From NCBI GenBank assembly GCA_964016885.1, contig OZ024761.1:6944001-7008000 (forward strand): DNA of 64,000 nt, written 5' to 3'. The stretch is from Eledone cirrhosa. Lineage: Eukaryota. The notes beneath the pieces are model-generated. The model had not been told where the DNA came from. It saw only the letters and a program-made list of their open reading frames with translations, and ran no database searches. Made by a program: the position numbers and the translations under genes. Below, in pieces: positions 15,700 to 26,944 of the stretch; position 1 is the stretch's first letter; every line of letters begins with the position of its first letter.

Positions 15700-16912
15700 C
15701 GACTGTATTTGCACCTCTCAAAGGCAATGACACAGGACCGAGATCTCTGGCATTATGCAGTAATACAGAAGACCCGACAGGGGCACAGGCTGAAGCTGAA
15801 GCATATATACAGTATATCCTGTATCACCCTTCCACTGTATAGGGGTAGTGTAAGAATGACAACGAAAAGCACCCAGTACTCACTGTAAATGTGGTTCTGT
15901 AGGTGTCACGACAAAAAGCACCCAGTCCACACTGTAAAGTGGTTCTGTAGGTGTCACAACAAAAAGCACCCAGTCCACACTGTAAAGTGGTTCTGTAGGT
16001 GTCACGACAAAAAGCACCCAGTACTCACTGTAAATGTGGTTCTGTAGGTGTAACGACAAAAAGCACCCAGTACTCACTGTAAAGTGGTTCTGTAGGTGTC
16101 ACGACAAAAAGCACCCAGTACTCACTGTAAATGTGGTTCTGTAGGTGTCACAACAAAAAGCACCCAGTACTCACTGTAAAGTGGTTCTGTAGGTGTCACG
16201 ACAAAAAGCACCCAGTACACACTGTAAAGTGGTCGTGTAGATGTCACGACAAAAAGCACCCAGTACTCACTGTAAAGTGGTTCTGTAGGTGTCACGACAA
16301 AAAGCACCCAGTACCACTATAAAGTGGTTCTGTAGGTGTAACGACAAAAAGCACCCAGTACCACTATAAAGTGGTTCTGTAGGTGTAACGACAAAAAGCA
16401 CCCAGTACTCACTGTAAAGTGGTTCTGTAGGTGTCACGACAAAAAGCACCCAGTACTCACTGTAAAGTGGTTCTGTAGGTGTCACGACAAAAAGCACCCA
16501 GTACTCACTGTAAAGTGGTTCTGTAGGTGTCACGACAAAAAGCACCCAGTACTCACTGTAAAGTGGTTCTGTAGGTGTCACGACAAAAAGCACCCAGTAC
16601 ACACTGTAAAGTGGTCGTGTAGATGTCACGACAAAAAGCACCCAGTACTCACTGTAAAGTGGTTCTGTAGGTGTCACGACAAAAAGCACCCAGTACCACT
16701 GTAAAGTGAGCGTGTACGTGTCATGACAAAAAGGACCAAGTCTACACTGTAAATGTGGTTGTCGTTAGGAAGGGCATCCTGCTGTAGAAACCAAGCCAAA
16801 ATCAGTTCTGTATAAGGAAAGCATGGTCACCTGACCTAGCATTGCTCATAACAGGACAACTCATCTAACCGATGCTAGCGTGGAAGAATGGACGTAAAAT
16901 GGTGATGATGAT
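15700..16912 (+). mobile_element. RTE 3' end whose UTR contains an expanded 48-bp minisatellite (15860-16760)
   Basis: QDRDLW...KTR ORF end, unit ctgtaaagtggttctgtaggtgtcacgacaaaaagcacccagtactca repeated ~18 times, then RTE tail ...ggacgtaaaatggtgatgatgatg. Confidence 0.85.
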
Positions 16913-16986
16913 GTACCCCTCAACCATCAAAACGTCTAAATTTTATAAATTAACTCCCTCGTTTTTATTTTGCAGGTTTTGTAGTG

Positions 16987-17120
16987 ATGCCTTCTAAACA
17001 ACAACTTGATAAAGAAGCATGGGGATGGATTGAAAACACTGAACCTGACCAAGTGACATTGGAACATGTCAAATATGCATACCACATCAACCTGGAGCCA
17101 TGCAAGTTAGGCAGTTGCAA
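16987..17120 (+). CDS. USP48: USP48-like ubiquitin carboxyl-terminal hydrolase, first coding exon
   Basis: Acceptor ttttgcag|16976 and ATG 16987: MPSKQQLDKEAWGWIENTEPDQVTLEHVKYAYHINLEPCKLGSC(K). Donor gtaggt, phase 2. Resembles the vertebrate USP48 N-terminus (QLEKAAWRW...HIETAYRIWLEPC). Confidence 0.93.
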
Positions 17121-17139
17121 GTAGGTACACCAAGCATGC

Positions 17140-18386
17140 TTAACCCTTTAGCATTTACATTACAAACATTCCTATATGAGCGAGACACGGTCACCCATCC
17201 CAACTTGCCTCTAAATGGGACAAACCCATCTAACCCATTCTAGTATGGAAGATGGATGTTAAAAGATGATGATGATTACTCTATATATACTGTTGTATTT
17301 TCACAGTAAAGGCTTTACCTCACATAATATCTCACATAACATTTACATTACTCTATATATACTATTGTATTTTCACAGTAAAGGCTTTACCTTACATAAT
17401 ATCTCGCATAACATTTACATTACTCTATATATATACTCATGTATTTTCACAGTAAAGGCTTTACCTCACATATCTCACATAACATTTACATTACTCTATA
17501 TATACTATTGTATTTTCACAGTAAAGGCTTTACCTCATATAATATCTCACATAACATTTACATTACTCTATATATACTCTTGCATTTTCACAGTAAAGGC
17601 TTTACCTTACATAATATCTCACATAACATTTACATTACTCTATATATACTATTGTATTTTCACAGTAAAGGCTTTACCTCACATAATATCTCACATAACA
17701 TTTACATTACTCTATATATACTATTGTATTTTCACAGTAAAGGCTTTACCTCACATAATATCTCGCATAACATTTACATTACTCTATATATACTATTGTA
17801 TTTTCACAGTAAAGGCTTTACCTCACATAATATCTCACATAACATTTACATTACTCTATATATAATGGAGGCACATGGCTTAATGGTTAGAGCATTGGCC
17901 TTGCAATCGAAAGGTTATGAGTTCAATTCTCAGACCGAGTGATGTGTTGTTTCCTTGAGCAAGACACTTTATTTCATATTGCTCCAGTTTACTCGGCTGT
18001 AGAAATGAGATGATAGGGACTGGGGTCCCTATCATTCCACTGCAAAGTGGTCGTGTAGGTGCCACAGCAAAAAAGCACCCAGCACTCACTGTAAATGAGG
18101 TTGGTGTTAGGAAAGGCATCCAGCTGTAGAAATCAAGCCAGAACCAGCTCCCGTCCCACTCTTGCAAGCAGGGAAAAGTGGACGTAAAATGAAATGATGA
18201 TGATACTATTGTATTTTCATGGTAAAGGCTTTACCTCACATAATATTGAATCAATGAGATTTTGATATTATTTATTTTGAGAACAATACCGTAATATCAG
18301 TATGACCAGCTGATTACAGCCAGTTTGAACAGAAAAGGTGAGAGAATTCTGGCCGGATCCGGCTGGTTTAAATGCTAAAGAGTTAA
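17140..18386 (+). mobile_element. piggyBac-like MITE with internal 72-bp tandem expansion (17275-17862) and nested RTE tail and SINE2
   Basis: TTAAccctttagcatttac at 17140 and tttaaatgctaaagagTTAA at 18386. Confidence 0.75.
17867..18203 (+). mobile_element. tRNA-derived SINE family 2 with RTE-type 3' tail
   Basis: A-box tggcttaatgg, B-box gagttcaattc, internal hairpin gatagggactggggtccctatc, and a 3' end shared with RTE UTRs ending in (tga)n. Confidence 0.9.
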
Positions 18387-18825
18387 TACTTTTGGTACCA
18401 ATCCACATGAAATTCTCTTGTTTATTTTAAAATGTTTATCTATCTATCTATCAAATACCACTTTGGAAGAAGAATCAGGATGGAGAGAGAGGTGCTGTAC
18501 CCCAGCAAGTTTTATGAAAGGTGGGTGAAAGTGTCGAGAATGGCCCGAGTGAATGGGCCTTCTCTCTATATCAGCCTGTAGGTTGAGGAAAAGGAGGAGG
18601 AGAGGAAAGGAGTACAAACTCTTCGTACTCCTGGAGATGAGGGTTGCACATTTTTTTTCGGGGGTATGTGTTACCCATATAAACTGTCTCCCTCTATTGG
18701 GGAAAATCGACTAACTTTTTTAAATTCCATTTGTGATAACATTTTACACGTTTTTATTGTATGTAAACTCCCCCCTTTGTATTTGTCCCCTTCTTTTGTG
18801 CCCCTGTGGCTAATAAAGAAATATA

Positions 18826-19185
18826 TCTATATAATACTAAAAGTCTGTGATTGCTTGCTTGTCTGTAATGTAATACTTCCAAAAGGGCACATAATGGGAA
18901 AATACTTTGAAAGGAAGTTGACCCTGAAAAGGGAATACAAATGGAATAAAACAAGTTTCATGTAAATCGGACCACGGGTTCCCGCGATATGGGGTTTTTC
19001 CCGGTACCTTCATAAACAGAGAGAGAGAGAGAAAGAGATAGTGGTTGTGAGAGCGTAGATTGAGAGACAGAAGGAGACGGAGAAGGAAAATTGAAGAGAG
19101 AGCTGTAAAAATTATTTTTAAGTGAACATGATTTAAAAAAAAAAATTTCAAGTGAACGTGACCTAGGGAACTCTTCCTGTAGAGA
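18826..19185 (+). mobile_element. Non-autonomous Helitron-like element
   Basis: 5' TCTATATAATACTAAAAGTCTGTGATTGCTTGCTTGTCTGT. Homologous copy inverted at 52555-52861. The 3' end is uncertain. Confidence 0.55.
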
Positions 19186-19750
19186 ACCTGAACGAATATC
19201 ATAAGGTATTCTATCTGATGCTCTAACAACTCTGCCAATTTGCTGTACTGAGAAAGTTACTTATATTACTAAATCCATCCAAATTCTTGATAATTTTCTA
19301 AATTATTCGAAACCAGAATCAATGTCTGTCATTAGAAATATGATAATGGTTTCTTTATTGGCCACAAGGGCAATAAAGAAAAACATTAGAGACGGCACAG
19401 AGCAGTACAGGACGATACAAAGTGGGTTTTGGTCGTGTAAACAGGTTATAACAAAATCGGGCTGGAAATCAAAAAAATTCAATCAACAAAAATTCCCCAA
19501 GAAGAGGGAAACCTCCGAGGGTCACTCGTGGTGAAAACCACACAAAAGACCACGGCCACCCTGACCACCAAGGCAAGCACCCTCTCTCACTTTTCCCACT
19601 CCTCAGCCTACAGGCGCATACTCATTAGAAATATGATAATGAAAGGGTTAAATATCTGTATCTGCATGGAAAATAGAGGTGAAATGAATGGTGATATCAT
19701 TTATGTCTATTCTCCATGCTGGCATAATAATGTTTTGTTTATCTTCTCAG

Positions 19751-19871
19751 GCGGAATTGCCGTGGCAACCCATTCTGCCTGAATGGCATCGGAGAAAGAG
19801 TGTGGCTTAGACAGATAGATGAACGTAAATGGCACGACATTGAGGATCCTAATAACGAACGCCGTCACCCG
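19751..19871 (+). CDS. USP48: USP48-like coding exon 2
   Basis: ttctcag|G CGG AAT TGC..: [40 protein letters not shown]|gtgggt. Phase matches exon 1. Confidence 0.94.
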
Positions 19872-19914
19872 GTGGGTAACACTTCTTTCTATTTCTTGGT
19901 ATATGTTTGTATAT

Positions 19915-20255
19915 ATCATCATCACCACCACCACCACCATTTGACATTCGCTTTTCCATGCTTGCATGGCTTGGACGAGTTTTTCCAGCCCAGCATCTCT
20001 CCAATCGTCTCGGTCCTTCATCTCCTCCTCTGTGATATTCAGTGTTTTGAGATCAGCTCTGACAAACTCTGCCCAGGTTTTCTTTGGTCTCCCTCTATTG
20101 CAGCTCCCTTCCACTGAAATTTCTCATCACTTCTTCACCCAATGTTCATCACATGGCCATCTCAATGTAATCTTATCCCTTGCACACAACATTTAAATTC
20201 TTTTACATCCAACCTCTTTCTCAGCTCATCTATGCATTGTCTTTCATCCAACCAT
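19915..20255 (-). mobile_element. RTE LINE 3' fragment
   Basis: [22 protein letters not shown]...DRDDWR, with (tga/tgg)n tail. Confidence 0.85.
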
Positions 20256-20419
20256 AGAAACAGTTCTGTATGAGCAAGACAGTCATCTGATCTGGCTTGT
20301 CTCACAACAGGAGAACTTGTCTAACCCATGTTAGCATGGAAAAATGGATGTTAAACAGTGATGCAGATGATATCTGTTGATCACAACTTTTGACAGAAAA
20401 ATGGAAAAGAGCTGATCAT

Positions 20420-20940
20420 GAGAAACAATATTTCCATTAATCTTTCTATTGCTGATACTGTCTGTCAGTCACAACTCTTGACAGACAAAAAGGATCTGAT
20501 CATCAGACCAAGGAAACAATGTTTTTGTTGATCTTTCTATTGCTGATACTATCTGGCAGAAAAAAAGGATCTGATCATCAGATCAGGCCAAGGAAACAAT
20601 ATTTCCATTAGTCTTTCCATTGCTGATACTATCTGTCAGTCACAACTGCTGGCAGAAGAAAGGAGCTGATCATCAGATCAGACCAAGGAAACAATGTTTC
20701 CATTAGTTTTTCCATTGCTGATACTGTCTGTCAGTCACAACTCCTGGCAGAAGAAAGGAGCTGATCATCAGATCAGGCCAAGGAAACAATGTTTCCATTA
20801 GTTTTTCCATTGCTGATACTGTCTGTCAGTCACAACTCCTGGCAGAAGAAAGGAGCTGATCATCAGATCAGGCCAAGGAAACAATGTTTCCATTAGTCTT
20901 TCCATTGCTGATACTGTCAGTCATAACTCCTGGCAGAAGT
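20420..20940. repeat. Tandem repeat, ~95-bp unit, ~5.5 copies
   Basis: ccaaggaaacaatgtttccattag...ctgatcatcagatcagg recurs at 20683, 20778 and 20873. Confidence 0.9.
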
Positions 20941-21399
20941 TTTACAAGTTTTCTGGTGATAGCAAATGAGATTTGAACTTAAAATGCACAGATCTAAAAC
21001 ATACTACAAGACATCCTATCTAAGGCTTAAACAATTCTATCCATCCACTACCTCTATTGAATTGGTTCCTTATTTATTGACCCCTAAAAGTGTAAAAAGC
21101 AAAGTTTACCTTGGTGTAATTTGAGCACAAAGCATAGTCATAAGTCAGAAAAAATATCAAAAAGATAGTTTGCCAAACAAAAGGTTGGGTGTACTCTTCA
21201 ATTTCGTCAGGGGTGATGGTGGCTTTCTTAGTGTTGTGTCACAATATAGTACATTTGGTAGAAAGTGGGGGTCATACGTAACCAATAAGCAGGCCACTGG
21301 CCCTATTTTGGGGATCAGTAACCCTACTTCAGTACTTATTCAATCAATGAAGACTTGTCCAACACATGCTAGCAGGGAAAACTGACATTATTTTATACA

Positions 21400-23856
21400 T
21401 ATTATACATATTACTCTATATATACTATTATATTTTCACAGTAAAGTCTTTATCTCACATAGCATTTACATTACTCTATATATACTATTGTATTTTCACA
21501 GTAAAGGCTTTACCTCACATAATATCTCGCATAACATTTACATTACTCTATATATACTATTGTATTTTCACAGTAAAGGCTTTACCTCACATAATATCTC
21601 GCATAACATTTACATTACTCTATATATACTATTGTATTTTCACAGTAAAGGCTTTACCTCACATAACATTTACATTACTCTATATATACTATTGTATTTT
21701 CACAGTAAAGGCTTTACCTCACATAATATCTCGCATAACATTTACATTACTCTATATATACTATTATATTTTCACAGTAAAGTCTTTATCTCACATAGCA
21801 TTTACATTACTCTATATATACTATTGTATTTTCACAGTAAAGGCTTTACCTCACATAATATCTCGCATAACATTTACATTACTCTATATATACTATTGTA
21901 TTTTCACAGTAAAGGCTTTACCTCACATAATATCTCGCATAACATTTACATTACTCTATATATACTATTGTATTTTCACAGTAAAGGCTTTACCTCACAT
22001 AATATCTCGCATAACATTTACATTACTCTATATATACTATTGTAGTTTCACAGTAAAGGCTTTACCTCACATAATATCTCACATAACATTTACATTACTC
22101 TATATATACTATTGTATTTTCACAGTAAAGGCTTTACCTCACATAATATCTCGCATAACATTTACATTACTCTATATATACTATTGTATTTTCACAGTAA
22201 AGGCTTTACCTCACATAATATCTCGCATAACATTTACATTACTCTATATATACTATTGTATTTTCACAGTAAAGGCTTTACCTCACATAATATCTCGCAT
22301 AACATTTACATTACTCTATATATACTATTGTATTTTCACAGTAAAGGCTTTACCTCACATAATATCTCGCATAACATTTACATTACTCTATATATACTAT
22401 TGTATTTTCACAGTAAAGGCTTTACCTCACATAATATCTCGCATAACATTTACATTACTCTATATATACTATTGTATTTTCACAGTAAAGGCTTTACCTC
22501 ACATAATATCTCGCATAACATTTACATTACTCTATATATACTATTGTATTTTCACAGTAAAGGCTTTACCTCACATAATATCTCGCATAACATTTACATT
22601 ACTCTATATATACTATTGTATTTTCACAGTAAAGGCTTTACCTCACATAATATCTCGCATAACATTTACATTACTCTATATATACTATTATATTTTCACA
22701 GTAAAAGCTTTACCTCACATAATATCTCGCATAACATTTACATTACTCTATATATACTATTGTATTTTCACAGTAAAGGCTTTACCTCACATAACATTTA
22801 CATTACTCTATATATACTATTGTATTTTCACAGTAAAGGCTTTACCTCACATTATATCTCGTATAACATTTACATTACTCTATATATACTATTGTATTTT
22901 CACAGTAAAGGCTTTACCTCACATAATATCTCGCATAACATTTACATTACTCTATATATACTATTGTATTTTCACAGTAAAGGCTTTACCTCACATTATA
23001 TCTCGTATAAGATTTACATTACTCTATATATACTATTGTATTTTCACAGTAAAGGCTTTACCTCACATAATATCTCGTATAACATTTACATTACTCTATA
23101 TATACTATTGTATTTTCACAGTAAAGGCTTTACCTCACATAATATCTCACATAACATTTACATTACTCTATATATACTCTTGTATTTTCACAGTAAAGGC
23201 TTTACCTCACATAATATCTCACATAACATTTACATTACTCTATATATACTATTGTATTTTCACAGTAAAGGCTTTACCTCACATATCTCGTATAACATTT
23301 ACATTACTCTATATATACTATTGTATTTTCACAGTAAAGGCTTTACCTCACATAATATCTCGTATAACATTTACATTACTCTATATATACTATTGTATTT
23401 TCACAGTAAAGGCTTTACCTCACATAATCTCACATAACATTTACATTACTCTATATATACTATTGTATTTTCACAGTAAAGGCTTTACCTCACATAATAT
23501 CTCACAACATTTACATTACTCTATATATACTATTGTATTTTCACAGTAAAGGCTTTACCTCACATAATATCTCACATAACATTTACATTACTCTATATAT
23601 ACTATTGTATTTTCATAGTAAAGGCTTTACCTCACATAATATTTACATTACTCTATATATATTATTGTATTTTCACAGTAAAGGCTTTACCTTAGTTAAT
23701 TATCTCATATGATACCAAATCTATGAGATTTTGATATTATTTATTTTTAGAACAATAACTTAACATAAGTATGAGCATCTGGTTCTGGCCGGTTTGAACA
23801 GAAAGAGGTGAGAGAATTCTGGCCAGATATGGCTGGTTTAAATGCTAAAGGGTTAA
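21400..23856 (+). repeat. 72-bp minisatellite (~32 copies) expanded inside a piggyBac-like MITE whose right terminus is at 23856
   Basis: Unit catttacattactctatatatactattgtattttcacagtaaaggctttacctcacataatatctcgcataa, followed by the MITE body and tttaaatgctaaagggTTAA. Confidence 0.93.
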
Positions 23857-24042
23857 ATGATGGATGATGATGATGTCTCTAATAACTCTGCCTATCCACC
23901 ACTGTCACAGTAGGTGGTGGTGGTCAGTATATGGACCAAGAAATGCTACAAGTTAGTAGTGCAGCTATTCCATGATTTTTATTTACTTGTTTATTTTTGT
24001 TTTGTATTTTTTCTAATGTTTTTCTATTAAATTTTCTTTTAG

Positions 24043-24102
24043 GATTCCTTCGTAGGCCTCAAAAACCTGGGAGCAACTTGTTATGTGAATACATTCCTGC
24101 AG
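24043..24102 (+). CDS. USP48: USP48-like coding exon 3 (catalytic Cys box)
   Basis: tttctttttag|DSFVGLKNLGATCYVNTFLQ|gtgggt. USP Cys-box consensus GLxNxGxTCYxN. Confidence 0.96.
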
Positions 24103-24459
24103 GTGGGTCACTATCTGGATTGGTGAGTGGATAGCTGGGTGTCAGTGTATATTTGTTGTGTATGTGTGAGTGTTGTTTTAGGGGTGGATGTCAATGTGTG
24201 TGTATGTGTGTGTGTGTGTGTTTATCAAGAGTAGGGCTGAAAAGAACCTTTAGTTTTGCTGAGGAGATAACACCCTCTCTAGTGTTGGTGCCACAATAAA
24301 GTATACCCCACACTGTATAGTGGTAATGCTAGTGCCACAATATAATGTACCCCGCACTGTAAAGTGGTTAGTGTTTGGAAGGGCATCCATCCATATAAAT
24401 CTTGCCAAATTAAATATTAAATATCAAATGATACATATTATATGTATATATATATATAA

Positions 24460-24648
24460 GGGCGGTGGATTGGCAGTATCGGTAGAGGGTCGGACGCCAT
24501 GCTTTCCAGCATAGTTACGTCCCTTTACGATCTGAGTTCAAATCCCGCCGAGGTTGACTTTGCCTTTCATCCTTACGGGGTCGATAAAATAAAGTACCAG
24601 TAATGCACTGGGTAATTGCTGGCCTTGTGCCTAAAGTAGAAACAATTA
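24460..24648 (+). mobile_element. SINE family 1, full length
   Basis: ggcggtggattggcagtatcggtagagggtcggacgcc...gagttcaaatcccgcc...agtagaaacaattat. Confidence 0.9.
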
Positions 24649-24667
24649 TATATATATATATATATAT

Positions 24668-25003
24668 GAAGGCACATGGCTTAGTGTTTAGAGCATTGGG
24701 CTTGTAAACGAAAGGTTGTGAGTTCAATTCTCAGACCAGGTGATGTGTTGTTTCCTTGAGCAAGACACTTTATTTCATATTGCTCCAGTTTACTCAGCTG
24801 TAGAAATGAGATGATAGGGACTGGGGTCCCTATCATTCCACTGCAAAGTGGTCGTGGAGGTGCCACGGCAAAAAAGCACCCAGCACTCAGTGTAAATGAG
24901 GTTGGTGTTAGGAAGGGCATCCAGCTGTAGAAATCAAGCCAGAATCAGTTCCCGTCCCACCCTTGCAAGCAGGGAAAAGCGGACGTAAAATGATGATGAT
25001 GAT
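24668..25003 (+). mobile_element. SINE family 2, full length
   Basis: Near-identical to 17867-18203. Confidence 0.9.
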
Positions 25004-25060
25004 AAAATAAAAAATATATATTTATTTATACATAGTATATATTATATTATTTATTATATA

Positions 25061-25240
25061 AGGGCAGTATCGGTAGAGGGTCGGGCAGCATGCTTTGACG
25101 CATAGTTACGGCCCTTGCCATTCTGACTTCGAATCCCGCCGAGGTTAACTTTGCCTTTCATCCTTACGGGGTCGATAAAATAAAGTACCAGTAATACACT
25201 GGGTAATTGCTAGCCTTGTGCCAAAAGTAGAAACAATTAT
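25061..25240 (+). mobile_element. SINE family 1
   Basis: Matches the family consensus. Confidence 0.85.
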
Positions 25241-25284
25241 ATATTATTTACAATTTGCGTGTAGACAGGTCTCTCTGGAAATAG

Positions 25285-26620
25285 GAGTGGGGGGTCGTTG
25301 ATGGTATTACATGGCCGTGAGGGGGGTCTGAGGGTATTACATGGCTGTGAGTGGTGGTGGGGTCTGAGGATATTACATGGCTGTGATGGGGGAGGTCTGA
25401 GGGTATTACATGGGTGGGATGGTGGTGTCAGGGTATTACATGGCTGTGAGGGGTGGTGGGGTGTGAGGGTATTACATGGCTGTGATGGGGGGGGTCTGAG
25501 GGTATTACATGGCTGTGAGGGTATTATATGGCCGTGAGGGGTGGGATGGTGGGGTGTGAGGGTATTATATGATCGTGAGGGGTGGGGTGTGAGGGTATAT
25601 AGCCGTGTGGGGTGGGGTGGCGGGGTGTGAGGGTATTATCTGGCCGTGGGGTGGTGGGGTGTGAGGGTATTATATGGCCGTGAGGGGTGGGGTGTGATGG
25701 TATTATATCGCCATGAGGGGTGGGGTGGTGGGGTGTGAGGGTATTATATGGCTGTGAGGGTATTATCTGGCCGTGAGGGGTATGGTGGTGGGGTCTGAGG
25801 GTATTATCTGGCTGTGAAGGGTGGGGTGGTGGGGTGTGAGGGTATTATCTGGCCGTGAGGGGTGGGGCGGTGGGGTGTGAGGGTATTATCTGGCCGTGAG
25901 GGGTGGGGTGTGAGGCTATTATCTGGCTGTGAGGGGTGGGGTGGTGGGGTGTGAGGGTATTATCCGGCCGTGAGGGGTGGGGCGGTGGGGTGTGAGGTAT
26001 TATCTGGCCGTGAGGGGTGGGGGTGGTGGGGTGTGAGGGTATTATCTGGCCGTGAGGGGTGGGGCGGTGGGGTGTGAGGGTATTATCTGGCCGTGAGGGG
26101 TGGGGCGGTGGGGTGTGAGGGATTATCTGGCCGTGAGGGGTGGGGGTGGTGGGGTGTGAGGGTATTATCTGGCCGTGAGGGGTGGGGCGGTGGGGTGTGA
26201 GGGTATTATCTGGCCGTGAGGGGTGGGGTGTGAGGGTATTATCTGGCCGTGAGGGGTGGGGTGGTGGGGTTTGAGGGTATTATCTGGCCGTGAGGGGTGG
26301 GGTGATGGGGTGTGAGGGTATTATCTGGCCGTGAGGGGTGGGGTGTGAGGGTATTATCTGGCCATGAGGGGTGGTGGGGTGTGAGGGTATTATCTGGCCG
26401 TGAGGGGTGGGGTGGTGGGGCTTGAGGGTATTATCTGGCCGTGAGGGGTGGGGTGGTGGGGTTTGAGGGTATTATCTGGCCGTGAGGGGTGGGGTGATGG
26501 GGTGTGAGGGTATTACATGGCTGTGAGGTGTGGGGTGATGGGGTCTGAGGGTATTATCTGTCCGTGAGAGGTGGGGTGGTGGGGTGTCGGGGTATTACAT
26601 GGCCATGAGAGAGGGGTTGG
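25285..26620. repeat. G-rich minisatellite, ~33-42-bp unit gagggtattatctggccgtgaggggtggggtggtggggtgt
   Basis: Direct inspection. Multiple GGG/GGGG runs per unit. Confidence 0.95.
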
Positions 26621-26798
26621 CCCCAAAGGTTTGAGAACCTCTGCAGTATACACTGTAAAGTTGGTGTTTGGAAGGGCATCCAGCCATATAAATTGTGCCC
26701 CTCCTCCCCCCAAAAAAACAAATGTCTTTGCAATTAACTCAGGGCTTCTCTGGTCCCTAATTATCTAATTAATCAACTTGTTTCTCTGTGTTTATTAG

Positions 26799-26877
26799 CT
26801 ATGGTTCCACAATCAACAAGTGAGGAAAGCTGTCTATGAATGGAGGAGCCGAGAAGAGCGGCCACCCAACAGTCCCA
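26799..26877 (+). CDS. USP48: USP48-like coding exon 4
   Basis: tgtttattag|LWFHNQQVRKAVYEWRSREERPPNSP+A|gtgggt. Continues FLQ into (V/L)WF.N...R.A.Y. Phase 1 matches the next exon. Confidence 0.88.
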
Positions 26878-26944
26878 GTGGGTTGACATCTTTCTCTCTC
26901 TTATACAACATTTCTACATATCTTTAATGCCATCTATACTTACG

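Noticed and set aside
21366-23549. 727-aa hydrophobic repeat ORF, and repeat ORFs at 11929, 16267, 26924-29177, 39957-42648 and 44922-46082
   Set aside because: Reading frames of intronic minisatellites, several derived from TE non-coding segments.
24460-24760. tRNA genes (A/B boxes)
   Set aside because: Boxes belong to multi-copy SINE heads with extended bodies; no complete cloverleaf.
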